This document shows positions 1 to 8,680 of a stretch of DNA of 22,023 bases, in pieces. Numbering within the stretch: the stretch's first letter is position 1; every line of letters begins with the position of its first letter. The position numbers and the translations under genes were made by a program. Source of the stretch: an uncultured archaeon (GTDB lineage Archaea > Asgardarchaeota > Lokiarchaeia > Sigyniarchaeales > SOKP01); NCBI GenBank assembly GCA_964583985.1, contig CAZOYD010000058.1, positions 1-22,023 of the forward strand, given 5' to 3'. The notes beneath the pieces were generated by a model that made no database searches, was not told where the DNA came from, and worked only from the letters and a program-made list of their open reading frames with translations.

Positions 1-253
1 AAACGAGGAGAAGGTTTTTTGCAAATTTCTTATCATATACGATGAATAGAATGGATATGATAACGATGAAAACAATCGGTTCTCCAAGATACGTAATGTA
101 TTTAAATATACTTCTAACCGTCGAAGATGTGCTATAGAATGTTTCATTAAATCCTGTCATTAGTAAAATTAAGCCAACGAGTAATAATACGGCAAATATG
201 ACAAGATTTATGATTAACCCCTTTTTACTAAGACCAACTTTTTTTTCAGACAT
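1..253 (-). CDS. PAP2-family (phosphatidic acid phosphatase-like) membrane protein, N-terminal part; runs off the left edge
   Basis: Not in ORF track. Manual translation from ATG at 253: MSEKKVGLSKKGLIINLVIFAVLLLVGLILLMTGFNETFYSTSSTVRSIFKYITYLGEPIVFIVIISILFIVYDKKFAKNLLLV, open to position 1. The pattern F.yITyLGe...(TM)..yDKKfa is typical of PAP2 N-termini. Catalytic motifs would lie outside the window. Confidence 0.65.
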   Translation of the reverse strand, partial: MSEKKVGLSKKGLIINLVIFAVLLLVGLILLMTGFNETFYSTSSTVRSIFKYITYLGEPIVFIVIISILFIVYDKKFAKNLLLV

Positions 254-491
254 TTTTATCACTTAAATTAAAATCGTGTAAAAATATTTGATTTTAGAAG
301 TATAAAAAGGTTTTTATCATATTAGATGGTAAACTCAATTATTATGGGTTTACTTTTCAGAAAAATAGGGGTATCCTATTGTTAATAAATTTTTTATGTT
401 TCTATGTTTATTTTATATGAAAAAAATGAGATATTGAACATAAAATAATAGAAAATTATATTTTATAAGAGTTGTTTTGTGAGGGAATTTT

Positions 492-1016
492 ATGAATATT
501 AAATATGCCCTAATGATCATCGATGCTCAAATGAACATGTTTGATGAAGAAATGTCAGTATTTCAAGCAGAAAAGATAATTAAAACTATGCAGAAATTAG
601 TAAAGAAAGCACGTTTAAACAATTTACTGATAATTTGGGTAAGAAATGATGGAGGAAAAGGAGAACCAGATGAATCTGGAACATACGGTTGGAAAATTAA
701 TCCCATACTAGGATACAATATAGCAGACATAGTGATTGATAAGCAAAATCCTAGTGCTTTTAAAAATACAGATTTGAAGATAATATTAGAACATAATAAG
801 ATATCCCATTTAGTAATTGCCGGAATGCAAACAGAAATGTGTATAAATTCAACTGTTAAACACGCTGTAGAATTAGGATACAAGGTTATTTTAGTTGAAG
901 ATGGACATAGCACCTTTGATTCAAAAGAAATGAAAGCCTCAGACGTTATAGCCAAATATAATAAGAAATTAAGTCACATCTCGAAAATTCAGAAAGCTGA
1001 GAATATTCAATTTTGA
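492..1016 (+). CDS. Cysteine hydrolase / isochorismatase family protein
   Basis: ALMIIDAQ (catalytic Asp), VIDKQNPSAF (Lys), IAGMQTEMCINST (Cys), and LGYKVILVEDGHST. Confidence 0.92.
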   Translation: MNIKYALMIIDAQMNMFDEEMSVFQAEKIIKTMQKLVKKARLNNLLIIWVRNDGGKGEPDESGTYGWKINPILGYNIADIVIDKQNPSAFKNTDLKIILEHNKISHLVIAGMQTEMCINSTVKHAVELGYKVILVEDGHSTFDSKEMKASDVIAKYNKKLSHISKIQKAENIQF

Positions 1017-1069
1017 GATTTATGCAAAAATAAGTGATCCAATTTTTAAGATAAAAAAGGATTTTATTT

Positions 1070-1735
1070 CTAATCTACTTCAATTTTAGCGTGTTTCTCA
1101 TCAATTTTTTTCAGTTTAACTTCAAGAATACCATTTACGTATCGGGCTTTTGCATAGTCGGAATTAATTGCTGTAGGTAACTCAACTTCCTTGTAATAAG
1201 ACCTGCTTTCAGTGTTTGGTTTAGTGGATATTGTTAAACTATAGTTGGTCGCTTTTATTTCTATATCTTCCTTATTTACACCTGGCATCTCTGCAATTAC
1301 TACTATCTGCCCTTTCACTTCAGATACTTCAACTAAAGGTTCTTTTGTATCTTTTACTTTTAGATTTATTGGTCTTTCTCGTTTTTCTCCTTTTGTAGGT
1401 TTCCCAAAAGGTTGCATAATTGGTTTACCATCAGGATCGAACCCAAATTTAAAAAATGCAGAAGGGGCATTTTTAGTCAATGCTTTGAAAATTTCCTCTG
1501 GAGACATATCTTGATATTCTTCGGGCATGTTATGGACTAATTGTTTGAAAATAGTTTTAAACATCTCCTTAAATTCTTCTGATTCAAAGATCTTGGATGG
1601 ATCAAAATTATTAAATAAATTATTTGGATCTTTGAAAATACTTGGATCTTTAAACCATTTGAAAAAGTTCAAAGGGTTATTTTCATCATCTTCATCATCC
1701 TCATCATCTTCGTCGTAATCATCTCTATTTGACAT
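1070..1735 (-). CDS. hsp20: Small heat-shock protein (alpha-crystallin domain), archaeal type with acidic N-terminal extension
   Basis: GFDPDGKPIMQPFG linker, EPLVEV...VIAEMPGVNKEDI, AKARYVNGILEVKLKK, and C-terminal IEV (IxI/V) motif. Confidence 0.93.
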   Translation of the reverse strand: MSNRDDYDEDDEDDEDDENNPLNFFKWFKDPSIFKDPNNLFNNFDPSKIFESEEFKEMFKTIFKQLVHNMPEEYQDMSPEEIFKALTKNAPSAFFKFGFDPDGKPIMQPFGKPTKGEKRERPINLKVKDTKEPLVEVSEVKGQIVVIAEMPGVNKEDIEIKATNYSLTISTKPNTESRSYYKEVELPTAINSDYAKARYVNGILEVKLKKIDEKHAKIEVD

Positions 1736-1798
1736 GATAAATTCTCCCGTAATATGATTTCAATAAATTTTTAAATGTAAATTTAAATATAATTACTT

Positions 1799-1821
1799 AA
1801 AGCTAAAAATATTATAGCTTT
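1799..1821. promoter_or_regulatory. Candidate operator: inverted repeat AAAGCTA-N9-TAGCTTT in the divergent hsp20/ATPase intergenic region
   Basis: 7-bp perfect arms at 1799-1805 and 1815-1821 with a 9-nt spacer; function is inferred. Confidence 0.3.
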
Positions 1822-1908
1822 TATTTTAGAAAAAATTGTTTAGTTTAATAAATTTATTCCAATTAAACCATAGATTATACAATATTAAAAAAAATAAAGG
1901 AGATTAAT

Positions 1909-3726
1909 GTGTACAGCGAACTTTCTGACGATGATAAAGAAATGTATCTCGATGTCTTGCGAGAAGCTCCATTACTACCATTTTCCAATTTTGTCTCACG
2001 AGGAGATATCCCCGACAAAATTGATATAGCGCGTCCTAGAAGTTATATTGATAGAGAAGTTTATCGATTGGTACGTCAAACTTCTCGAGATAGATCTTCT
2101 CGCCTGATTCCAATTTTAGGTTCAGCAGGTACTGGAAAAACTCATACATATCATTCCTTTAAGGACAAGGAAAGAGAAAATAGGAAGAAATTGGAGCAAT
2201 CTTCAGAAGATCAAGAGATCGAAGTCAATCAAATAGAACCCGCGGAATGGACAATTATTTATGTTCCAAGTCCACCAGCAAGCATTAGAGTCCTTCTTCA
2301 CGTCTATACATGTATTATTGAGGATGTGGGACCAGAAATCCTCGATATTGTTTCCAAACGTCTTGTGTTAGATAAATGGGGTGGTAAAAAAGCGGGAATC
2401 TTCCAAAAGCCAAAAATTGACGAAATCATTCAAAAAGGAATAAGAGAGTTTCCTGGGGTATTCGCAGATTGTGTGAAAGCATTAGTTACATATCAATTAG
2501 ATAAAAATAAGAAACCTTTGGCAGAAAGATGGTTATTAGGGGAAGACCTTGATCCTGAAGAGTTAAGTGAATTAGGAATAAATAGTGTCGTGGAAGACGA
2601 CGACGTATGTCTTGCCATGATTAAAATTATCACTGAAAATCTCGATAGAGTGCTTATTCTCTATTTTGATGAACTTGAATCACCTTATCGAATGCTTGGA
2701 GAGGCTGCCGAAAGAAAATTCCTTGAGATTCTTAAGAGATTATATAATGAAGTAAAAGGATTAGTTATTATTATAGCAGTATTGAAAGAAATTTGGCCAC
2801 GTATATTAGAAATTGCCGATCAACCGCTTCGTTCAAGAATGGAACCTGAGGAGGAATTAAAACCATTCAGTTTAAACGATTTGAAAATATTCTATTCCCG
2901 GACCATGGAGACCTTCTGGGACGAAAATAATCTAAATCCTCCCTTATATCCATTATTTCCTTTAAATGAGAAGTTAATTGAAATGATTTTTGAAAAAACA
3001 AAAGGAAATCCACGTAATTCTATAAAATTATGCAGGAGATTTATCGATAAAGTCGTATTAGAAGAAATGAGTGTAGAAGAACTTATGAAAATAGGAGTAG
3101 AGATTGTTGCTACTGCTAAACCACCTCAACCAGATGAAGAAATCGTTGATTTTTCAAAACCACGAGATGTCATCAAGAAAACTATCGATGAAATATTAGC
3201 AGAGGAAGAATATGTAATCGATATTAACCCTTCTTCAGTTGCAGGTGCCACATTGAAAAGTATCATTAAGATTGGAGAAGAAAAAAAGAAAAAATTCAAT
3301 ACTCAGATGGAATTTAAATTCATGCTAGGGAAAAGGAGTCAAACTCTCGCAGCTTTAGTTGAAACTGGAGGGAAAAAATGGGGTTTAGAAATTCCATCCA
3401 TTAAAACATTTGATCGAAGCGCAGGTGTAGCCGGATATTATGCAGCAAAGCGATTAAAAGATGCTATTGACGAAAAAGCAATTAACGGAGCAATTTTAAT
3501 AGTCCCTAAAGGAAGTAGTGGAGCTAAGTTTGATATGATAATAAATAATAATGATGAAATTCACAAGGTTGAATTAGATAATAACTCTGGAGAAGATCTT
3601 ATTGCAAATGCACTCAAATACCCAACTGAAAAGGCTTGGGAGATTGCCAAAATCATATTTTCCGATATTGGGGATTACGTTCCTCCTCCTGTAGAAGAAT
3701 CACCTGAGGATGGGAATATATTATAA
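1909..3726 (+). CDS. P-loop AAA+ ATPase (BrxD/DUF2791-like or Cdc6/STAND-like clade) with uncharacterised C-terminal alpha/beta domain
   Basis: Walker A GSAGTGKT, Walker B ILYFDELE, putative Arg finger PLRSRM, and lid motif GNPR. AERWLLGE resembles BrxD-like proteins. GGAGA RBS at 1899-1903 precedes the GTG start. Confidence 0.8.
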   Translation: MYSELSDDDKEMYLDVLREAPLLPFSNFVSRGDIPDKIDIARPRSYIDREVYRLVRQTSRDRSSRLIPILGSAGTGKTHTYHSFKDKERENRKKLEQSSEDQEIEVNQIEPAEWTIIYVPSPPASIRVLLHVYTCIIEDVGPEILDIVSKRLVLDKWGGKKAGIFQKPKIDEIIQKGIREFPGVFADCVKALVTYQLDKNKKPLAERWLLGEDLDPEELSELGINSVVEDDDVCLAMIKIITENLDRVLILYFDELESPYRMLGEAAERKFLEILKRLYNEVKGLVIIIAVLKEIWPRILEIADQPLRSRMEPEEELKPFSLNDLKIFYSRTMETFWDENNLNPPLYPLFPLNEKLIEMIFEKTKGNPRNSIKLCRRFIDKVVLEEMSVEELMKIGVEIVATAKPPQPDEEIVDFSKPRDVIKKTIDEILAEEEYVIDINPSSVAGATLKSIIKIGEEKKKKFNTQMEFKFMLGKRSQTLAALVETGGKKWGLEIPSIKTFDRSAGVAGYYAAKRLKDAIDEKAINGAILIVPKGSSGAKFDMIINNNDEIHKVELDNNSGEDLIANALKYPTEKAWEIAKIIFSDIGDYVPPPVEESPEDGNIL

Positions 3727-3735
3727 AGAAAAATA

Positions 3736-4659
3736 TCAAATAGATTCAAAATCTTCCTTAATTTTTTTATCTAAATTGAAAAGTTCCTTTGCTAATTTAT
3801 CTGCACGAATAGAATTTGAGTATATCTCTAATAGTTTTTCTATAAGCTCATTATCTTCAAAAGCACTTGATATTTCGACTAATCTATTAATAGGTTTAAT
3901 CATTTCATGATAGAGATGTAACTGATTAGTTTGCAGCTCACTAATTCCCTTTCCAACATCACTAATTATTCTTTCTCGTTCTTTAGATAAATCTGGGAAA
4001 GTCCCAACTACTTCTGCTTTATGCTTCAAGAAAGATACTATCTCAAATTCTTGAATTATTTCTGCTAATTCAGCAGCTTTTAAATAGCTTTTTTTGGCTT
4101 TCTTATATAGCTTATTTTCGAGCGATTGTTCAGCTATTGTTATTTCTTCAGCGATTTTTTCAGGTATTTCTTCTCCTAAATTAATCAATTCTCTTGCTTC
4201 CTGTAACTTGCCATTATCCAGCATTTCTTTAGTTTTTTCATTTATTGTCTCGATAATGATCTTGGGTTCTTTTAATTTATCCATTAAGGTAAAGAGGGAA
4301 TTTAGAGCATCTTTGAGAACTAAATCCATCATTTTTCTCTCTTTGGAATAATTTTTTACAATTCTTTCTTGAATTGTTTCAAAAGCACTTCTAATAAAGA
4401 TCACATTTTCATCTTCTTTAAGAGCAAATCCTAAATATAAATTCTTTTTTTCTATTGATTCTCCTTGAATTGGTTTTGAATAATACCTTATATTGTCTTT
4501 CTGAGTAGAAGCGTCATTGAATTCTTTCGTTACGTGTTTTTCTGTGAAGTCTTTTAGAACTTCAGGAGGTATTTTTTGCTGAGATAAATTATATTCCGCT
4601 AATATATTGGGACCAAATGATTCATCTATTTCATAAAGAAAAATTGCTTGTGGAGACAT
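3736..4659 (-). CDS. Hypothetical protein: N-terminal uDENN/longin-like domain plus C-terminal alpha-helical (TPR/SNAP-like, coiled-coil) region
   Basis: N-terminus AIFLYEIDESFGPNILAEY matches the hhhhxFDxxxGPxhxxxY beta-hairpin of uDENN/longin domains. It is followed by a helix, strands (IRYYS, NLYLGFAL) and two helices. The C-terminal half is helical (LYKKAKKSYLKAAELAE). Confidence 0.6.
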   Translation of the reverse strand: MSPQAIFLYEIDESFGPNILAEYNLSQQKIPPEVLKDFTEKHVTKEFNDASTQKDNIRYYSKPIQGESIEKKNLYLGFALKEDENVIFIRSAFETIQERIVKNYSKERKMMDLVLKDALNSLFTLMDKLKEPKIIIETINEKTKEMLDNGKLQEARELINLGEEIPEKIAEEITIAEQSLENKLYKKAKKSYLKAAELAEIIQEFEIVSFLKHKAEVVGTFPDLSKERERIISDVGKGISELQTNQLHLYHEMIKPINRLVEISSAFEDNELIEKLLEIYSNSIRADKLAKELFNLDKKIKEDFESI

Positions 4660-4758
4660 GGTATCAAATCGTATGCTTGAAAATCATACTATTTTATTCG
4701 ATTATTATATGTTAATAAGAAATTCATTTTAAATATATATTTGTGATGTATCATCTAG

Positions 4759-5421
4759 TTAATTAGCTTTCTTCCTTCTTTTCTGGAGCATTTGTTTCAA
4801 TATGGCGTATTTTGGATAATTTTCTTCAAATACTGCATCAATTTCATCAAGCGGAAGATCAGCGTGTACTCCCCGATCCAGGACATATTCTCCATATTTA
4901 TTACCTTCATTATCAAATTTGGGAAAAACAGCATCGTGTTCCCCATCAAATTCTACCATTGGAATGAATCCTGCTTTAATAGCAGTATCTGGATCAAAAG
5001 AAGGGGTTAATTTCACCCAATGATTGTTTAAAAACATTTCACTAAAACCATGATAAAACATTACATTGGTTTCCATAAAATCTATAACCTTTTGGGAAAT
5101 TTTGTGATTTATTAAATCAACGAGATGAATTCTGGCTGGAATGTTTACCGCTCGGGCAAAAGTGGATAAAAGAACTGCTTTAGAGACGCAAAAACCCTGT
5201 TTACGCTTCAAAGTTTCACTTGCCATAAAATTAGTCTTATCATATGGCAAGTATGTTTTCATGTCATACTTAATCTCATTCCGTACCCAATAAAATAGAT
5301 CTGAAGCTTTTTCAGCGGTATTTTTCGAACTATGAGTTATTTCAAGAGCCTTTTCTTTTACTATTTCATTATCAAAATCAAAAATTTCGCTTGTAAGTAG
5401 GTAAGGTTTCATATCTTCCAT
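4759..5421 (-). CDS. Transglutaminase-like (papain-fold) family protein
   Basis: LFYWVRNEIKY, ASETLKRKQGFCVSKAVLLSTFARAVNIPAR (catalytic Cys), and YHGFSEMFLNNHWVKLTP (His). Confidence 0.92.
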   Translation of the reverse strand: MEDMKPYLLTSEIFDFDNEIVKEKALEITHSSKNTAEKASDLFYWVRNEIKYDMKTYLPYDKTNFMASETLKRKQGFCVSKAVLLSTFARAVNIPARIHLVDLINHKISQKVIDFMETNVMFYHGFSEMFLNNHWVKLTPSFDPDTAIKAGFIPMVEFDGEHDAVFPKFDNEGNKYGEYVLDRGVHADLPLDEIDAVFEENYPKYAILKQMLQKRRKKAN

Positions 5422-5526
5422 ATGAATTAAAAATAATTATCACATTAGAAGGTTATTAAATCAGTGCTTAGGTACTAATAAAATTAGAATGCTTGTATAA
5501 ACTTTTTTTTAAAAAGAAGACAAATA

Positions 5527-6004
5527 ATGGATATGAAAACATTAATTATATATTTTACAATGAGTGGAAGAACGAAAAAAACTGCAGAAGCTATTGGAAG
5601 TGTTCTTACCAATTATGAAGTGAGCTACTTTCCGATGGAACTAAAGGGTAAGTTTATAGAAAAAATTAGATAAGTTCGAGAATAATGATTTTTCGGCAAT
5701 CGAGACTGGATTAAATAACCTCGATGCGGCAATTTATGATTTAATTATTATTGGAATGCCAACTTATGGAGATAAACCCCCTAAAGCTTTTGATGAAATT
5801 ATAAGAAGATTGAAAAATTTTAACGGTAAAAAGGCATTAGTTTTCAACACAGCTCGTTTTACGGGTAAAAAGTGTCTTGATTACATGAAAGCGAAAGTTG
5901 AGGAAGCAGATGCCCAAGTAATTGATCAAGCTAGATTCCGAAAATTATTATGGATCGGAGTAAAAAATGCTATTAACTTTGGAAAAAAAATTAACGAGAG
6001 ATAA
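5527..6004 (+). pseudogene. Flavodoxin-like protein interrupted by a +1 frameshift (pseudogene, assembly error or recoding)
   Basis: Frame 1 from ATG 5527/5533 reads MDMKTLIIYFTMSGRTKKTAEAI...KFIEKIR* (FMN phosphate loop; TAA at 5671-5673). Frame 2, open from 5660, reads LDKFENNDF...YDLIIIGMPTYGDKPP...KKALVFNTARFTG and ends at 6004. Removing one A from the A6 run at 5660-5665 gives a continuous 158-aa protein. Confidence 0.8.
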
Positions 6005-6012
6005 CTATTAAT

Positions 6013-8409
6013 TTATAAATTAAATAATAAGCCTTCAATTAAGTCTTGAATGTTTTTAATTTGAATTATTTTTTTATTTAAAACTAATTCAACTTGATTT
6101 TGCCCTAATTTCCTTCCTTTAATCATGATTTTTTTCATTCCTTGAATAAATTCAAAATCTATACTAACTCGATTTTGATTTATATCAAAATCAAACTTCT
6201 TTATTAAAATACCATCAATCCCAAAGACGAATTCAGTTTTAAAATCTATAAATAAATCTCCGAAATGCTTTCTTGCATATGAAGTTGCCAATATAGCAGT
6301 TCCTACACCCCAATCAAACGTAATGAATCCAGGAATTCTTTCATCCCGCCCAGAATGACCGTAATTTTCACTAATACATCCTTTATCAATCCCATCAATG
6401 GTATCGATTCCTTTTAGATTTCCAGGACAGATTTCTTGATATTCTTTTAACAGCTGTAATGCCCAAGATGCTCGTAAAGCTGCAATTCCACGTTCCATAT
6501 ATTCCCATTTTCCCGTTTCTAGATAATAGTCCATATAAGTTTTAACAAATAAACCTTGTCGAGCGTCATTAAGTTCTGCATCGGCATTTTGAACCCCAAA
6601 ACCTCCAAATGTATCGAAACTAATATAGGGCATGTTCCATACTTGTTGAAACAATGAAAGAATTCCGAGGATTCTTTCTCCTGCCATGAGATACTGTTTC
6701 TTATTCGTAATCCTATAAAGTCCTAAAAGTCCTTCTGCACACCAATAAATGCACAGATTATTCATTATATGGCTATGAGTAAAACTGTCATATTCGACTT
6801 TTTGAGGATACGTGCAAGAATAAAATGCTTCGAAATCATGCCACTTGTCATTTGGGATTATTTCTAAGATGATGAATTCAGCAATCCTTTCACAAATATT
6901 AATAATGTTCTTGTCTTTAATAATCCTGAAATATTCTGTTAAAAACATCAGTGATGCACCGGAACTAGCTGAATCAATCAAATCATCAAGTATAATGGGT
7001 TTATTTTCCTTATCAAAATCAATAAAAGTTGGGATAGCTCCATTATCTAATTGAATTTTAGTAATTAAATTGGTCAATTCTGTACTTTTTTTAATTATTT
7101 CTTCATTTAAGATATCAAAATCTCTGCTTATTTTAATCAACCAATACATGGCTAATGAGGCATCAACAACATGATAATAATCAATTGGCCACCAAGCTTT
7201 GGTGCCATTTATTGTTAAATATTCAGAAGAATTATTAGAACTCGGAAGAATAATGCAAGGAAATATACCTTGATTTCTGGGTAATTGAATTATCAAATTC
7301 ATCATTGCCTTACTTTTTTCAATTAAATCTCCATCTTTCCATAGTTCACCAAAATATTTCATTCCATATGCTGTTCTGATGTTTAAAAACCATGCATTAT
7401 TATAAATCGCTGCTGATTTATTCTTCTTATTGAAATTATACTTGAATTCTTCAATGTTGGATAAATTGAAATATTTGATTGGAAACTTATCTTTTCCCAA
7501 CCAAGAACCAACCCAAAAGCCTCCGCATTTAACTTGGTTTATATCCAAATCAGCCCATACTTTATGTCTTTCAAAGATCGATTTAAATCCTTCCTTTACA
7601 TTCTCATTGTAAGGAATTATTTGTGGTTTTAAGGTTTCATAAAATTGTTTTCTTCCGTATTTCTCCCAAAGAAATTGATTGATAAATTGGATTATTTCTA
7701 AATCTGTTTTATCAACCAAAACAATGATATAGTATCTGAATGTCAAATCAGTTTTTTGCCTTGCAAAAAAGGTTCCTTTTGTTTTATGTTTAAATAGCAC
7801 GTGTTTATATGGTTGATAATTTCCAAATCCAAATGATATCGTTGATGAGTTTAAATCGTCTAACTTCATATCCATCATTGATTGAAATGGTCGATTTTTA
7901 CTCAAGGTTTTAATATCTGGTAAGAAAATAAGTGCGAGATTATTTTTTCGATAAATCATTACTGGAGAACGAAAAACGTGATCCCCTATTACTAAGTCTT
8001 TTGCAGGACAAATATGGGGAACCCAAGTGAAATTAGGATTACTTTCCAAATTTATTTGATATTTTACTCCCAATCTTGAGAATTCAATATCTCGATTCGC
8101 AAATATTTGATATCTAATGTGTAATATATTGTTTTCTTCCATGCAATAATCTAATTTTATATCAAAATTCTCATCATTTGATTGAAAATAGATTTTTCTT
8201 TTCTTGCTTTTCAGAAATTTAAATTGCATTGGAAGATAATCTTTAATTTGGTTCACTTGTAACGTATTGTAACCAACAACACTTCCTAAAATTGGAATCC
8301 ACGTATTTCCAAATCTTATCTCAATTTTCTCTTCATTGATGTTTCCTTTGATTTTAAGGAAAACTCTCATATTTCCAAGTTCTAACCCATATTCTGAAAT
8401 TCGATCCAC
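6013..8409 (-). CDS. Large hypothetical protein, probable (alpha/alpha)6 six-hairpin glycosidase-like toroid with an N-terminal beta-rich domain
   Basis: 798-aa ORF with GTG start. Repeated helical-hairpin patterns (LYRITNKKQYLMAGE, YYLETGKWEYMERG, QLDNGAIP). Aromatic/acidic loops WHDFEAFYSC, GGFGVQNADAELNDARQ, ENYGH and FDWGVG. Confidence 0.6.
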   Translation of the reverse strand: MDRISEYGLELGNMRVFLKIKGNINEEKIEIRFGNTWIPILGSVVGYNTLQVNQIKDYLPMQFKFLKSKKRKIYFQSNDENFDIKLDYCMEENNILHIRYQIFANRDIEFSRLGVKYQINLESNPNFTWVPHICPAKDLVIGDHVFRSPVMIYRKNNLALIFLPDIKTLSKNRPFQSMMDMKLDDLNSSTISFGFGNYQPYKHVLFKHKTKGTFFARQKTDLTFRYYIIVLVDKTDLEIIQFINQFLWEKYGRKQFYETLKPQIIPYNENVKEGFKSIFERHKVWADLDINQVKCGGFWVGSWLGKDKFPIKYFNLSNIEEFKYNFNKKNKSAAIYNNAWFLNIRTAYGMKYFGELWKDGDLIEKSKAMMNLIIQLPRNQGIFPCIILPSSNNSSEYLTINGTKAWWPIDYYHVVDASLAMYWLIKISRDFDILNEEIIKKSTELTNLITKIQLDNGAIPTFIDFDKENKPIILDDLIDSASSGASLMFLTEYFRIIKDKNIINICERIAEFIILEIIPNDKWHDFEAFYSCTYPQKVEYDSFTHSHIMNNLCIYWCAEGLLGLYRITNKKQYLMAGERILGILSLFQQVWNMPYISFDTFGGFGVQNADAELNDARQGLFVKTYMDYYLETGKWEYMERGIAALRASWALQLLKEYQEICPGNLKGIDTIDGIDKGCISENYGHSGRDERIPGFITFDWGVGTAILATSYARKHFGDLFIDFKTEFVFGIDGILIKKFDFDINQNRVSIDFEFIQGMKKIMIKGRKLGQNQVELVLNKKIIQIKNIQDLIEGLLFNL

Positions 8410-8680
8410 CTTTTTTCATTTGGAAAAATAATTAATTGCATTATAAAAATAATGTATATTAGTTGAGAATACTTTTTTTATATCTTTTTAATAGGATAGT
8501 CTGATAAGTTATTAAATACTTATAATTATTGATTCTCTCCCTATTAATTAATAGATTAACTCGTTGTTGGTAAAATTATTATAAAATTACTTCCTCGTAA
8601 AGCACAAGAATTAATTATCATACGTTTCAAATTAAATAATAAGATGATAAAAATGAAATAAGTATGATGTGTAAAATTAA

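Noticed and set aside
364-380. Small hairpin AATAGG-N5-CCTATT in the first intergenic region
   Set aside because: 6-bp stem only; too weak to call.
1907-2029. Out-of-frame ATG overlapping the ATPase GTG start (ATGTG), opening a ~40-codon ORF
   Set aside because: RBS spacing favours the GTG and the peptide has no features; likely chance.
1909-3726. Calling a BREX system or an Orc1/Cdc6 replication origin
   Set aside because: No pglX, pglZ or brxC genes in the window, and no evident winged-helix domain or repeated ORB boxes.
5756-6004. 82-aa ORF as an independent gene
   Set aside because: It starts mid-motif (IIG-MPTYG) and is the C-terminal half of the frameshifted flavodoxin-like gene.
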